From positions 576,001 through 640,000 of the forward strand of contig CAVWHX010000004.1 in assembly GCA_963754925.1 (NCBI GenBank): DNA of 64,000 nt, written 5' to 3'. Under the pieces are notes generated by a model that was not told the origin of the DNA, ran no database searches, and was given only the letters and a program-made list of their open reading frames with translations. The DNA comes from an uncultured delta proteobacterium. Lineage in GTDB: Bacteria > Myxococcota > B64-G9. The translations under genes and the position numbers were made by a program. Each line of letters begins with the position of its first letter. Position 1 is the stretch's first letter. Positions 20,992 to 34,501 of the stretch are shown here, in pieces.

Positions 20992-21225
20992 ATGGATCAA
21001 CATACCGGTGAGCTCAAACGAAAAGTTAGAGACTCTTACGAACGAAGTGAGTTAGAGTCTCTTATCCCCTTGGGGGTCAGAGACTCCGACGACGAGGATG
21101 ACGATGAGTTTGATGATGAAGACCTCGATGAAGAGGACGAAGAATATGAGGATGAAGATGAAGATTTCGATGAAGAGGACGAGGATTACGATGATGAAGA
21201 TGAAGATTTCGATGAAGACGCATGA
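20992..21225 (+). CDS. Small hyperacidic protein with an in-frame repeat insertion
   Basis: Strong AAGGAG RBS; D/E tail; element at 21025-21075. Confidence 0.7.
   Translation: MDQHTGELKRKVRDSYERSELESLIPLGVRDSDDEDDDEFDDEDLDEEDEEYEDEDEDFDEEDEDYDDEDEDFDEDA
21025..21075. repeat. TAA-hairpin element (reverse orientation) within a CDS
   Basis: TTA GAGACTC TTACGAACGAAGTGAGTTA GAGTCTC TTA TCCCCTTGGGG; near-identical to 21340-21390. Confidence 0.88.
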
Positions 21226-21227
21226 GT

Positions 21228-21418
21228 CCTAGGGTTGAAACCCGAGGCTATACCCCCTCGCTGCTGCGCAGCTAACCCATAGCTGACACCGATACAAACA
21301 GGATAGGTTTCCTGTTCTAAACGCTGCGAACCAGCGAAGGTTAGAGACTCTTACGAACGACGTGAGTTAGAGTCTCTTATCCCTGAGGGGGAATAGAGCT
21401 TGTGGGTTCAACCCCAGG
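21228..21418. repeat. Inverted pair of a second REP-like motif enclosing a TAA-hairpin copy
   Basis: CCTAGGGTTGAAACCCGAGGCTATACCCCCTC (21228-21259) resembles the reverse complement of 21385-21418; TAA element at 21340-21380. Confidence 0.65.
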
Positions 21419-22225
21419 AACTTGGCAGCGTGGACAAATACGGGTACCGCGCTGGGCCACTCGAAAATAAACAATCGCCGTTTTGCAACGCCGGCATGGT
21501 TGACCCTCATGGCCGTAGACGCGTAGGGACTGCTGCATACGGCCGCCGGGATAGACCTCATCAAAGGAGGTACCGTTGTTTTGGATGGCCTCTCGCAACA
21601 CGTGTACGATAGCTCGGCGCAAGGAGCGGATGGCCGTATCGCTCAGTCGATCCGTGCGCTCAAGGGGGTGCAGTCGTGCACGAAACAACGCCTCGTCAGT
21701 ATAGATATTTCCGAGGCCAGCGATGAGTGTTTGATCGAGCAGAAGGGGCTTTAGTTTTCGCGCGCTTTTCGAAAACAACGCCCGGAGCGCCGATACGGTA
21801 AAGGTAGGTCCCAGCGGTTCAAGACCGAGTCTCCGATCCAGTTCGTTCATAGTTGGAATCAGCTCGATGCGTCCAAACTTGCGCGCGTCGCAAAACAGCA
21901 GACGCCCGCCCCGGTCAAACTCCCAGAAAGCGCGGAGGTGCTCCGGCTCTTCGGTAGCGGCGCTCTCCCAGAGGATGCGACCACTCATGCGCAGATGAAC
22001 CGCCAAGACGCCGATAGACCGGTTTCGTCCGCCCAGGTGGAACACAATCCACTTCCCCCGCCGAGTGACCTGAGTAATCGTAGCCCCTTGGAGGGCGCGC
22101 TGAACCACGGTGATGTTCGGCTTTATTTGGCGTTTCCAGCTAGCGCGAAAGCGACGAATGGTACGTCCGACTACTCGCGTGCGCAGGTCGCGGGTGATGA
22201 TTTCAACTTCGGGGAGTTCAGGCAT
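21377..22225 (-). CDS. mutM: Formamidopyrimidine-DNA glycosylase Fpg/MutM
   Basis: MPELPEVE, RRGK, HLRMSG, D.RKFG, GLGNIYTDE, zinc finger CRRC...CPRCQ. Confidence 0.97.
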   Translation of the reverse strand: MPELPEVEIITRDLRTRVVGRTIRRFRASWKRQIKPNITVVQRALQGATITQVTRRGKWIVFHLGGRNRSIGVLAVHLRMSGRILWESAATEEPEHLRAFWEFDRGGRLLFCDARKFGRIELIPTMNELDRRLGLEPLGPTFTVSALRALFSKSARKLKPLLLDQTLIAGLGNIYTDEALFRARLHPLERTDRLSDTAIRSLRRAIVHVLREAIQNNGTSFDEVYPGGRMQQSLRVYGHEGQPCRRCKTAIVYFRVAQRGTRICPRCQVPGVEPTSSIPPQG

Positions 22226-22252
22226 ACAACCTTCGAAGCTGGGTCGGGGCGC

Positions 22253-22639
22253 TTAGGTCTTCCCGTCTTTGCGGGCCCGGGATAGGTTGCGGTCAACAAT
22301 TTGCTCGATAAGTTGCATCGAGTTTTGATCGAAATTAACGAACTCAACACCCATCCCGCATGAACCTTTGTTTTTCCCATCCGGATCGGGGCGATTAACA
22401 CGCACCACCTTACCCAGGCCCTCGATGAGCTTGGAGCCGTCCTTAAGATAAAATTGTAAATATATGAGGGTACCCTCTTCGCGAATCTCCTCAGTGCGGA
22501 TGAACATACCGCCGATGCTGATGTCGGTCGAGTACTCTGCTAAAAAGTCATCGAGGGTGTCGAAGCGGTACTGGATCAACAACGATAGCGGCACACGCTG
22601 GTAGCGGCGGCGCTCTGAACTGTCGCCTTTTTTTCCCAT
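22253..22639 (-). CDS. PilZ domain protein (myxococcal TIGR02266 type)
   Basis: RRYQR, DISIGGMFI, GMGVEF. Confidence 0.88.
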   Translation of the reverse strand: MGKKGDSSERRRYQRVPLSLLIQYRFDTLDDFLAEYSTDISIGGMFIRTEEIREEGTLIYLQFYLKDGSKLIEGLGKVVRVNRPDPDGKNKGSCGMGVEFVNFDQNSMQLIEQIVDRNLSRARKDGKT

Positions 22640-22834
22640 GGGGCCTCCCAACTTCATTTTTCCACATGACGTTTCCTATCATAGAACACCCTCGTCGTAT
22701 TGGTCAAGTTGCGGAAGGCTTGTGTGCCGACGATTGACAAGCGGAACGTCGAAGGATAGGTTGCGTTCTTGTTTGACCCTTGACGTCATAGTGAAGAGTG
22801 GTTGGCCGATTGCACTGAAGTAGGAGGACTATCG

Positions 22835-23782
22835 ATGCCAGGCATTGGAATTGTTTGCAATCCAAATGCAGGAAAGCACAACTCCTACAGAAAGCAACTC
22901 GGCGAGCGCCTGGCCTCGTGCGTCGGTGCCAACGGGACCGTGCGCGAGACCAGCTCGGTGGATGAGATCGACCAGGTTGCCAAGGACTTTTTGTCCAACA
23001 ACATCGACATCCTCGGCATTAGCGGCGGAGATGGGTCTAATCATTTCACCCTCTCCACGTTTATCAAGGTCTATAACGACGCGCCGCTGCCAAAAGTGGC
23101 TTTTTTATGCGGCGGGACGCATAACGCCCACGCCGCTTCGATCGGCATTCGCGGCACTCCCGAAAAATTGCTTGAGAATATTGCGGGTAAATACCATGAC
23201 GGTGAATCGTTTGAACTCATCCACCGAAATATTTTGCGAGTCAACGACGGCAGCGCGGTTCGGTATGGTTTCACGCTGGCGACCGGCTTCATGCACCGCT
23301 TTATGGAAGACCTCGTCGTACACCAGGGCGATTCGGTCGTTAAAACCGCCCGGAAGTTATCTTCCTGGATCGGCTCATGGATAATCCATGGCGAAAAGAT
23401 TCGAAAAGCCTTTGAGCCTCAGCCTGCCCGGGTGATCGTTGACCATCAATGCTTGGCGTGGGAGCGCATCAACGGCATCTCCGCTTCGGCCATGGAACGG
23501 CTAGGGCTCGGCTTCACCCCCTACCTTCGCGCCGGCGACAAACCCGGCTACTTTCCCTTCAGCGTCATGCGCGTCTCACCGAGCACGTTTGTTACAAAAC
23601 TGATGTGGGACTACAAAAAAAGCAGGATTCCTACCCACCCCGATCAAATCAATGATATATGCACTTCAATACTCCTGGAGGCGCAATCACCGGTGGGGTA
23701 CGTCCTTGATGGAGAGATCTACAGCGGTTCACCCCGCATAGAGGTCACCACCGGGCCAGGCTTTGATTTGATAGTCCGGTAA
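22835..23782 (+). CDS. Diacylglycerol/sphingosine kinase family lipid kinase
   Basis: NPNAG, GGDGS, GGT.N, LDGE; AGGAGG RBS. Confidence 0.8.
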   Translation: MPGIGIVCNPNAGKHNSYRKQLGERLASCVGANGTVRETSSVDEIDQVAKDFLSNNIDILGISGGDGSNHFTLSTFIKVYNDAPLPKVAFLCGGTHNAHAASIGIRGTPEKLLENIAGKYHDGESFELIHRNILRVNDGSAVRYGFTLATGFMHRFMEDLVVHQGDSVVKTARKLSSWIGSWIIHGEKIRKAFEPQPARVIVDHQCLAWERINGISASAMERLGLGFTPYLRAGDKPGYFPFSVMRVSPSTFVTKLMWDYKKSRIPTHPDQINDICTSILLEAQSPVGYVLDGEIYSGSPRIEVTTGPGFDLIVR

Positions 23783-23815
23783 CGAAAGAAGCAATTGCAG
23801 CATTGCCTATGTGTT

Positions 23816-23906
23816 GTCATCCCCGCGAACCCCTAAAGGGATAAGAGACGGTATCTCCCTTCGGTCGTAACAGTCTCTAACCGCACGCCGCTTGCGCGAG
23901 AATGAC
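23816..23906. repeat. TAA-hairpin element (23842-23880) nested inside a GTCAT-ended palindromic repeat
   Basis: Outer ends GTCATCCCCGCG and CGCGAGAATGAC; inner TAA GAGACGG...CAGTCTC TAA. Confidence 0.7.
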
Positions 23907-23954
23907 GAGTATGCGGATCCCGTTCAGCGCGAAGAATTTTATCTACGCATCTTT

Positions 23955-24371
23955 CTATTTGGCAAGCTTGGCAACTCTAAGGCGAGTCTCTGCGCGGGCG
24001 AGGTGCTCCTGCACATGAACCATACTGGATTCGTCCGTCGTTTTGATGGCGTTCGCGAGGTTTTTCCTGGCCTCTTCGTAGTCCCTGGTAGCGCGTTCCA
24101 CATCAATATCTTCGGGGCGCTCAAGCGAATCGGCAAGCACCGTCACGCCGTCCCGATAGACTTCGACAAATCCGCCACCAATAGCGCATGAAAAAGACCG
24201 GTCGTTTTGAACATAGCGCACCACGCCTGGGATCAACGTTGACACCAGCCGGGCGTGACCCGCCAGCACCCCCAGCTCACCCTCCTCGCCGGGAACAATC
24301 ACACCGTCGACCGCATCCTCAAAAACGCTACGATCAGGGGTCAGCAACCTGAGCTTGAAAGTCTTGGCCAC
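23955..24371 (-). CDS. atpC: ATP synthase F1 epsilon
   Basis: LTPDR, PG.EGELGVLAGHA, GGFVEV; synteny. Confidence 0.96.
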   Translation of the reverse strand: MAKTFKLRLLTPDRSVFEDAVDGVIVPGEEGELGVLAGHARLVSTLIPGVVRYVQNDRSFSCAIGGGFVEVYRDGVTVLADSLERPEDIDVERATRDYEEARKNLANAIKTTDESSMVHVQEHLARAETRLRVAKLAK

Positions 24372-24382
24372 AATTGACTCCT

Positions 24383-26714
<2,332 letters not shown>

Positions 26715-26720
26715 GGGAAC

Positions 26721-28259
<1,539 letters not shown>

Positions 28260-28280
28260 GGCTCCCTCTTCCGAAAAAAG

Positions 28281-28823
28281 TTATGTCCGGTGTGTCAGCA
28301 AGCTCTCCCGCAGGCGGCGCAGCCCGGCTTGCACGCTGCCATCCACCACCAGGCTGCCCAATCGCACGGACATCCCGCCGATGAGCTGCGGGTTGACGCG
28401 CAATTCCATAAGGACCTCGCGGCCCAGCGACGTGCTGAGAGTATCGCGAAGCCCTTTCTTCGCCTGTGCATCGAGCGCTGTGGCGCTTTCAACGACAACG
28501 CGAACCCGATTTTTTTGTTGGTCGACATACTCGGCAAAGATCTCAATGATGCCCTCAAGTTGATTCATCCGGCGCCGCTCTGCCAAGAGTTCGAGAAAAC
28601 GATCGAGCGGGTGCTTTATCGCGAGCTTCTCAATAATCATTTTGAGGACCCGCATACGCTCGTTCTCCTGGAAAGCTGGGCTCTGCAGCACCTGACGTAA
28701 GCTTGGGTTCTGCTCGATCAGGTTGCCAAACTCGATCAAGCGATCGGCTATGGGCTGCGGATCAGCCTGCGTTAGGTCCATCAAAGCACGGGCGTAACGA
28801 CGAGCGACGCTGCGGTTGATCAC
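28281..28823 (-). CDS. atpH: ATP synthase F1 delta
   Basis: VARRYARAL, LIGG, DGSV; synteny. Confidence 0.93.
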   Translation of the reverse strand: MINRSVARRYARALMDLTQADPQPIADRLIEFGNLIEQNPSLRQVLQSPAFQENERMRVLKMIIEKLAIKHPLDRFLELLAERRRMNQLEGIIEIFAEYVDQQKNRVRVVVESATALDAQAKKGLRDTLSTSLGREVLMELRVNPQLIGGMSVRLGSLVVDGSVQAGLRRLRESLLTHRT

Positions 28824-29003
28824 GGGTGCGATTCCTTTACTTCCCCCCAAACCGGGCGCAGTACACCATGGATTGACTCGTTCGTCAAGAAATATCTAAA
28901 GAGACGCCGGAGATCAGATAATTAGTTGTTATTTATTGTTAATTATATGACGCGGCCTGAAAAGATTTTCTCGAAAAATACCGCTACAACGGCCGGGCGG
29001 CCC

Positions 29004-29414
29004 TTAGAAATGCTCAGGTAGGTTGTCCCGAATAAACCGTACCAGCGCCTGTCGCTGCCCCTCATCGATGCCTGAAAAAACCAAGGCTATATCGTAACGG
29101 GCGCCGATAATCACCGCATTGCAGCGGACCACTTCGGCGAGGACAATCAGGGGACGAGTGGAAGGTGCTCCAAAGTGCTTTAAGAACGTTTTTGAGTACC
29201 GCTGCCAGCCGGAGATGTTCATCTCAATTTTTAACAGGGTCTTCTCCGGGAAGAACTTTTTAGACTCGATCTGGAGCCCGCCGCCAGAAATGTCCTTGAT
29301 CCGGGCGGACTCATACTGCCCCCGGTCCGGAAACGCAAACTCCTTAACCTGAATGACATCTGTGCGGTTGAGGCGCTCGAATTGACGGCGTTCTGGTTTG
29401 TTCTTTTTGGTCAT
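29004..29414 (-). CDS. PilZ domain protein
   Basis: RQFER (RxxxR) and DISGGG. Confidence 0.85.
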   Translation of the reverse strand: MTKKNKPERRQFERLNRTDVIQVKEFAFPDRGQYESARIKDISGGGLQIESKKFFPEKTLLKIEMNISGWQRYSKTFLKHFGAPSTRPLIVLAEVVRCNAVIIGARYDIALVFSGIDEGQRQALVRFIRDNLPEHF

Positions 29415-29543
29415 CAAAGTTACTTTTATTTTTACATCAGAGATACGACGGAATCAAGCTTGTCTTTCATTCTGATGCGCGTGCCCTGGGCACGGTGAGG
29501 AACCTACCCAGAAAGCATTCGCCGCCATACATTCTAGGCGCAC

Positions 29544-29578
29544 AAGAAAAGCGCCGGTCCAGGGATGGACCGGCGCTT
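29544..29578 (-). terminator. Intrinsic terminator of the Cys-rich gene
   Basis: 13-bp stem AAGCGCCGGTCCA/TGGACCGGCGCTT ending in a T-rich run on the minus strand. Confidence 0.75.
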
Positions 29579-29606
29579 GGATAGCCTTAACTTCTTAGTT
29601 AGGACA

Positions 29607-31976
29607 TCATGGAGTGCAGGCTGCGCCTGTGCAGTGCGTCAGAACCGTCGCGCAGGGCACATTACCGGTCAACTTGATGGCGGTGACTGGAACAGCGCTA
29701 GAGTCTGGCACGACGTTGAGGGCCCCTGTCGCCCCGGCCGTGCTACCAAAGATGTAGCCTACGGTCGGGAAGGACGTGGTGCCGATGTTGGTGGTCGCGT
29801 TTGTCAGTACCATGTTGGCAAGCGATATACTCATGGTAAGGCCAGCAAACGCATCAAGGTTCAACGCCCCAAAGATCGTGGTCGGGAGCGTGATGCCATA
29901 GACGCCGTCCCCGTCCGAATCAATCGCCCCAGAGCAGGTCGTGGGTAGGGTGCCGGCTGGGTACGGATAGGTCAAGGTCGATGGAGGGGCCGGACAGGTA
30001 TTGGTAGTCGGCGGCGGTGGTCCACCCCAACCGCTGTTGATCGTGAAGCTCGGGAACGCTACCGTTTGGCCCACTTGGTAACACACACCCGCCTCCGATG
30101 CCGACCCGCTCAGCGACGCAAGCACCGCTGGCGTGTAGGTAACGCTAAACGGAATGGGGCTGGTAGCGGTAGTGCTCAATGAGCAGATCTCAAACTGTGC
30201 GGTCGTCGTGCAGGCGGTGAGGTCGTTGCTGATAACCATGCGCTGTACGACGTCAATGGTGGCGCCCGTTAGCGTGCCGACGGGGCTTGGCGCGGTGATG
30301 GTGCCCGTGGTCGTAACGCGGGTGATCCAGGTGCCGCTCAAATCGGGTCCGGTGCAGGTTGCAAGTGGACATGTATTACAGGTGCCAGAACAGTCGCTGT
30401 CACTGCACGCGTTACAGCCAGTCGGGCAGCAGCCGTCTTTGGTAGTGCCACTGCAGGTCGTGATCGGCGTGTAGACGCACGTGGCAAGGCAAGTGCCCGC
30501 GCCTTGCAGCACCGCGGTGTGGCAGGCGTCAGGAGGCGTGCAGCTCGTTGGGCAGGCGCCCGGTTGACCCGCAGGGATAGCGGTGTCGCAGGTCTCACCG
30601 GTCTCGACGACGCCGTTGCCGCAGCAGGGTACGATCGGTGTGTTCGTACATTTAGACGTGCAGGTCGCCGCGCTTCCCGAGAGGGTGGACGTGGTGCACT
30701 TATTGGGGGCGGTGCAGCTCGTCGGGCAGGTACTCGGCGGGTCGCAGGTTTCGCCGGCCTCGACGATGCCGTTGCCGCAGCAGGGCACGATTGGCGTATT
30801 CACACATTTAGCCGTGCAGGCGGAGCCTGTAAGCGCCGAGGTGTTGCAGACGGGGGGTGTACAGCTTGTCGGGCATGCGCCTGTTTGACCCGCGGGAATT
30901 GCGGTGTCGCAGTTCTCGCCGGCCTCGACTATGCCGTTGCCGCAGCAGGGGGTGATTGTCGCAACCACGCACTTGGCCGTGCAGGCGGAGCCTGTAAGCG
31001 TCGAGGTGTGGCAGGCGTCAGGGGCCTTGCAGCTCGTTGGGCACGCGCCCGTTTGACCCGCGGCTATTGCCGTGTCGCAGGTCTCGCCAGAGTCGACCGT
31101 GCCGTTGCCGCAGCAGGGTACGATCGCCGTGTTTACACATTGAGCAGTGCAGGCGGAGCCTGTAAGCGCCGAGGTGTGGCAGGCGTCAGGAGGCGTGCAG
31201 CTCGTCGGGCACGCGCCCGTTTGACCCGCCGCGATCCCGGTATCGCAGGTCTCGCCGGTCTCGACTTTGCCGTCGCCGCAGGTGGCCGTCGTGGTTCCCG
31301 CGCACTCGTCAAGCTTCGGGTCGGTGACTGGTGTCTTGGTGCTCGTGAGGGTCGCATTCAATACCACCGCGGCCCCACCGAGGAGCGGAATATTGGTAGG
31401 GATGGTCAGGTTGAGGACTTGATGGATGCTCAGGCCGGTCCCCTTGATCACGAGGTTTAACAGACCCGTGAGATTGAGTTTGACCGTGGCATCGAGGTTG
31501 AGTGTTAGGGGAATCGGCGGGATGAGTTTTTGAACGACTGCGTTTGCGGACTTTGTCTCCGTGGGGATAGTAAGCTTAAAGGTGGCATCCTGGAAAATCA
31601 AGGGCCGCAGGTAGCAAACGCCGCCCGCCGTGTCACCAGTCGGTATGTCGGTGCATAGGGTGCCGCTTGAGATCGTCCCAAGCATTATGGCGGTACCCGC
31701 AGCGGCGAAACTGTTAACCACAACCGTGCCGGGCACGCCTTGGGGCGAAATCAGCTTGGTGGTATCGATGGTGACCGTGGTATTCACGTTACCGACGAGA
31801 TTGCTTACCACCGTGCCGCTACCAAGGGATGCCGGGAGAGTGATACTCAAAGTATTTGACGCCGCCGGATCCATTACCAACAATGTAGGAAGGTTAATCT
31901 TCCCGCAGGCCGATAGAACCATTGCACTCATCAGAACAATAGCGAACATTGAGACAATCTTTTTCTCCCTTATCAT
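29607..31976 (-). CDS. Cys-rich repeat lipoprotein, paralog 1
   Basis: Lipobox LSAC; five CG[ND]GxVExGExCD...CPTSC repeats (DUF4215-like); C-terminal domain with DSDGDG. Confidence 0.88.
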   Translation of the reverse strand: MIREKKIVSMFAIVLMSAMVLSACGKINLPTLLVMDPAASNTLSITLPASLGSGTVVSNLVGNVNTTVTIDTTKLISPQGVPGTVVVNSFAAAGTAIMLGTISSGTLCTDIPTGDTAGGVCYLRPLIFQDATFKLTIPTETKSANAVVQKLIPPIPLTLNLDATVKLNLTGLLNLVIKGTGLSIHQVLNLTIPTNIPLLGGAAVVLNATLTSTKTPVTDPKLDECAGTTTATCGDGKVETGETCDTGIAAGQTGACPTSCTPPDACHTSALTGSACTAQCVNTAIVPCCGNGTVDSGETCDTAIAAGQTGACPTSCKAPDACHTSTLTGSACTAKCVVATITPCCGNGIVEAGENCDTAIPAGQTGACPTSCTPPVCNTSALTGSACTAKCVNTPIVPCCGNGIVEAGETCDPPSTCPTSCTAPNKCTTSTLSGSAATCTSKCTNTPIVPCCGNGVVETGETCDTAIPAGQPGACPTSCTPPDACHTAVLQGAGTCLATCVYTPITTCSGTTKDGCCPTGCNACSDSDCSGTCNTCPLATCTGPDLSGTWITRVTTTGTITAPSPVGTLTGATIDVVQRMVISNDLTACTTTAQFEICSLSTTATSPIPFSVTYTPAVLASLSGSASEAGVCYQVGQTVAFPSFTINSGWGGPPPPTTNTCPAPPSTLTYPYPAGTLPTTCSGAIDSDGDGVYGITLPTTIFGALNLDAFAGLTMSISLANMVLTNATTNIGTTSFPTVGYIFGSTAGATGALNVVPDSSAVPVTAIKLTGNVPCATVLTHCTGAACTP

Positions 31977-32505
31977 GGTATTTCCTCCTGGTTCATGGTT
32001 TGAACAAATGGGCAGGAAGGCGGTATTGTCCAGCACCTTTCACCACCGCATTTGTCCGATTAAAAAACAAATAAATTTTTTCACCTCCTCGACCCCTGGG
32101 GCCAAAAAAATTTGGTTTAAAAGTGACACGGTGTGCAAGAATCGTGTTGTCACCTTCGCTCCTTGTGCCGATCATAAAATACCGAATGCCTGTAAAAGTT
32201 AATTAGTACACCCTGTAAAATAGGAGTCAACAGAAAAATACAAAAAAACTATTTTTTTCATTGTTGTTATTAATTATGCAGGGTAATTGACAGTCAAACA
32301 AATACATCGCTAAATTATTAAAACATATAAATATCAACGTATTATATCAATTGTGGGTAAGACAAATCACCTAGGTTTACTCAGGATAACTTATATCTAT
32401 CATTATAAATATACTGTAATATTATTATGTTAGTGATTTTTTGGCCGCTGGAAAATATTTTTTCTGAGCCTATAGTTAATACACAGGGTGCGATTAGTCA
32501 ACACA

Positions 32506-32574
32506 TCAAGTAAAGCAGGTCGCACCTTTGCTAAGTGTCATGACCATGTCGCAGGGTGTGTCGCTATTCAGCTT
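32506..32574 (-). pseudogene. Decayed 3' end of another Cys-rich paralog
   Basis: Translates KLNSDTPCDMVMTLSKGATCFT*, colinear with KLAGDVPCATVLTHCTGAACVP*. Confidence 0.7.
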
Positions 32575-32658
32575 GGTTGACCTCACGAGACGTACTTTAG
32601 AAAGCGGCTGGCCCACGGATGGACCGATGCTTCGCGGGCTTTCGGGTTATTTACAACA

Positions 32659-34161
32659 TCAAGGAACGCAGGCCGCACCGGTACAGTGCGTCAGAACTGT
32701 GGCGCAGGGCACGTCGCCGGCAAGCTTGATGGCGGTGACCGGAACGGCATTGGAAGAAGGCACGACGTTGAGATTTCCCGTTGCCCCGGAGTCGCTACCG
32801 AAGATGTAACCGGTCGTCGGGAAGCTTGAGGTGCCGGTGATGGTATTTGCGTCTGTCATGACCATGTTAATAAGCGAAATATTCATGGTAAGACCGGCAA
32901 ACGCCCAGATGTTCAACGCCCCGCCAAAGAGGTGAGTATGGAGCGTGACGCCGTAGACACCATCGCCATCCGAATCAACTGCTCCAGAGCAACTCGTCGG
33001 CAAGGTGCCAGGCGAGTATGGATAGGGATCGATCAATGCGCTGGGGGGGGCTGGACAGGTATTGTTTGTCGGAGGCGGTGGCCCACCCCAACCGCTGTTG
33101 ATCGTGAAAGAGGGTAGCGTGAAGGCGCCCCCTGCTTGCACGCACTGATCCGATTGCGACGCTATCGCACTGAAGGTCGCAAGCACCGCCGGCGAATAGT
33201 CGGTGCTAAACGGAATACCGGCGGTGTTGGTGGTGCTCAGAGAGCAAATCTGGAACTGGAAATTAAGGTTAGGGCCGGACGTGGTTGTGAGTATGCGCTG
33301 CACTACATCGATGGTTGCTTTCGTGAGAGTACCAATCGGGGCTGGCGCGGTGATGGTGCCCCCGGTCGTAACGCGAGAAATCCAGGTGCCGGTTTGATCG
33401 ACGCAGTCGGGACAATCGCTATCTTTTGCATGGGTGCAGGTGGCCGGGCAACAGCCGTCGCCGCCCACGCAATCGGTGATCGCCATATCCACGCAGACGG
33501 CCTGACAGCCAGTGCCCTGGAGTTTGACCGGATTGCAAGGATCGGCGCCCGGATTGCAGCTCGTCGGGCAGGCGCCCGGGTGACCAGCAGCGATTGCAAT
33601 GTCGCAGGTCTCGCCATTGTCCAGCACACCGTTGCCGCACAGAGCCGGGTTGGGGCAATCGCTGTCATTCGTATAGGTGCACGCGCTTGGGCAGCAACCG
33701 TCGCTGGTCGTGCCGCTACACTGTGTAATCACCTGAACAACGCACTCAGCTGCGCAGGCGGTGCCTTGGAGCGTTGAAGGGTGGCAGCCATCAACAGCTG
33801 TGCAACTGGTCGGGCAGGCGCCTGGTTGACCCGCGGCGATTCCAATATCGCAGGTCTCACCGGTTTCTTTGACACGGTTACCGCAGCAGGGTGCAATCGG
33901 GGTGTTTTGGCAGGAAGCGACACACGTACCGCCGTTCTGCAGTGTCGATGTGGTGCAGGAGTCGGGAGGCGTGCAACTAGTCGGGCAGGCGCCTGGTTGG
34001 CCCGCGGCGATTCCGGTATCGCAGGTTTCACCCATTTCGACCACGCCGTTGCCGCAAGTAGCATCGCCCCCAAGGGGCGCGTAATCATCACACGCAAAAA
34101 GGAACGCCACACTTAAAAAGCATACCATTCCTACCAATCGAGCTTTTCCGCCGTCCGTCAT
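32659..34161 (-). CDS. Cys-rich repeat lipoprotein, paralog 2
   Basis: AGGAGG RBS; lipobox LFAC; three repeats; same C-terminal domain as paralog 1. Confidence 0.88.
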   Translation of the reverse strand: MTDGGKARLVGMVCFLSVAFLFACDDYAPLGGDATCGNGVVEMGETCDTGIAAGQPGACPTSCTPPDSCTTSTLQNGGTCVASCQNTPIAPCCGNRVKETGETCDIGIAAGQPGACPTSCTAVDGCHPSTLQGTACAAECVVQVITQCSGTTSDGCCPSACTYTNDSDCPNPALCGNGVLDNGETCDIAIAAGHPGACPTSCNPGADPCNPVKLQGTGCQAVCVDMAITDCVGGDGCCPATCTHAKDSDCPDCVDQTGTWISRVTTGGTITAPAPIGTLTKATIDVVQRILTTTSGPNLNFQFQICSLSTTNTAGIPFSTDYSPAVLATFSAIASQSDQCVQAGGAFTLPSFTINSGWGGPPPPTNNTCPAPPSALIDPYPYSPGTLPTSCSGAVDSDGDGVYGVTLHTHLFGGALNIWAFAGLTMNISLINMVMTDANTITGTSSFPTTGYIFGSDSGATGNLNVVPSSNAVPVTAIKLAGDVPCATVLTHCTGAACVP

Positions 34162-34501
34162 TGCATTCCTCCTGAGCACGATCTACTTAACCATTTGACT
34201 ATTATGTATAATTTAGATATCGATGGGAAGAGGGTTATTTTATTTTTTTTGGAAACTGACAGAACCCACCTCATTGTAATTACTATAAATTGTAAAAGGT
34301 TATAACCGCAGTGTCAATGGAAAAGTCTAGTGCCAACACAACAATTGATTTACCAATGAATTCAATGGGTTGACATGGGTTCCGATTTAACTTTAAAAAT
34401 GCCAACAAAACAGGTGGGTTATACCCTAGAATGCCCATCGAAAGGAAGGCGCCTGTTCGAGATTAAATTGATGTTGTTGGAAGCTACGTTAGCTTCGGAC
34501 A

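Noticed and set aside
32506..32574. Tail duplicate as a DGR template repeat
   Set aside because: 10 of 23 differences are not at adenines, there is no AAY-rich pattern and no RT; neutral decay fits better
34320..34336. TGGCAC upstream of paralog 2 as a sigma-54 promoter
   Set aside because: The -12 GC is missing (reads TTTT)
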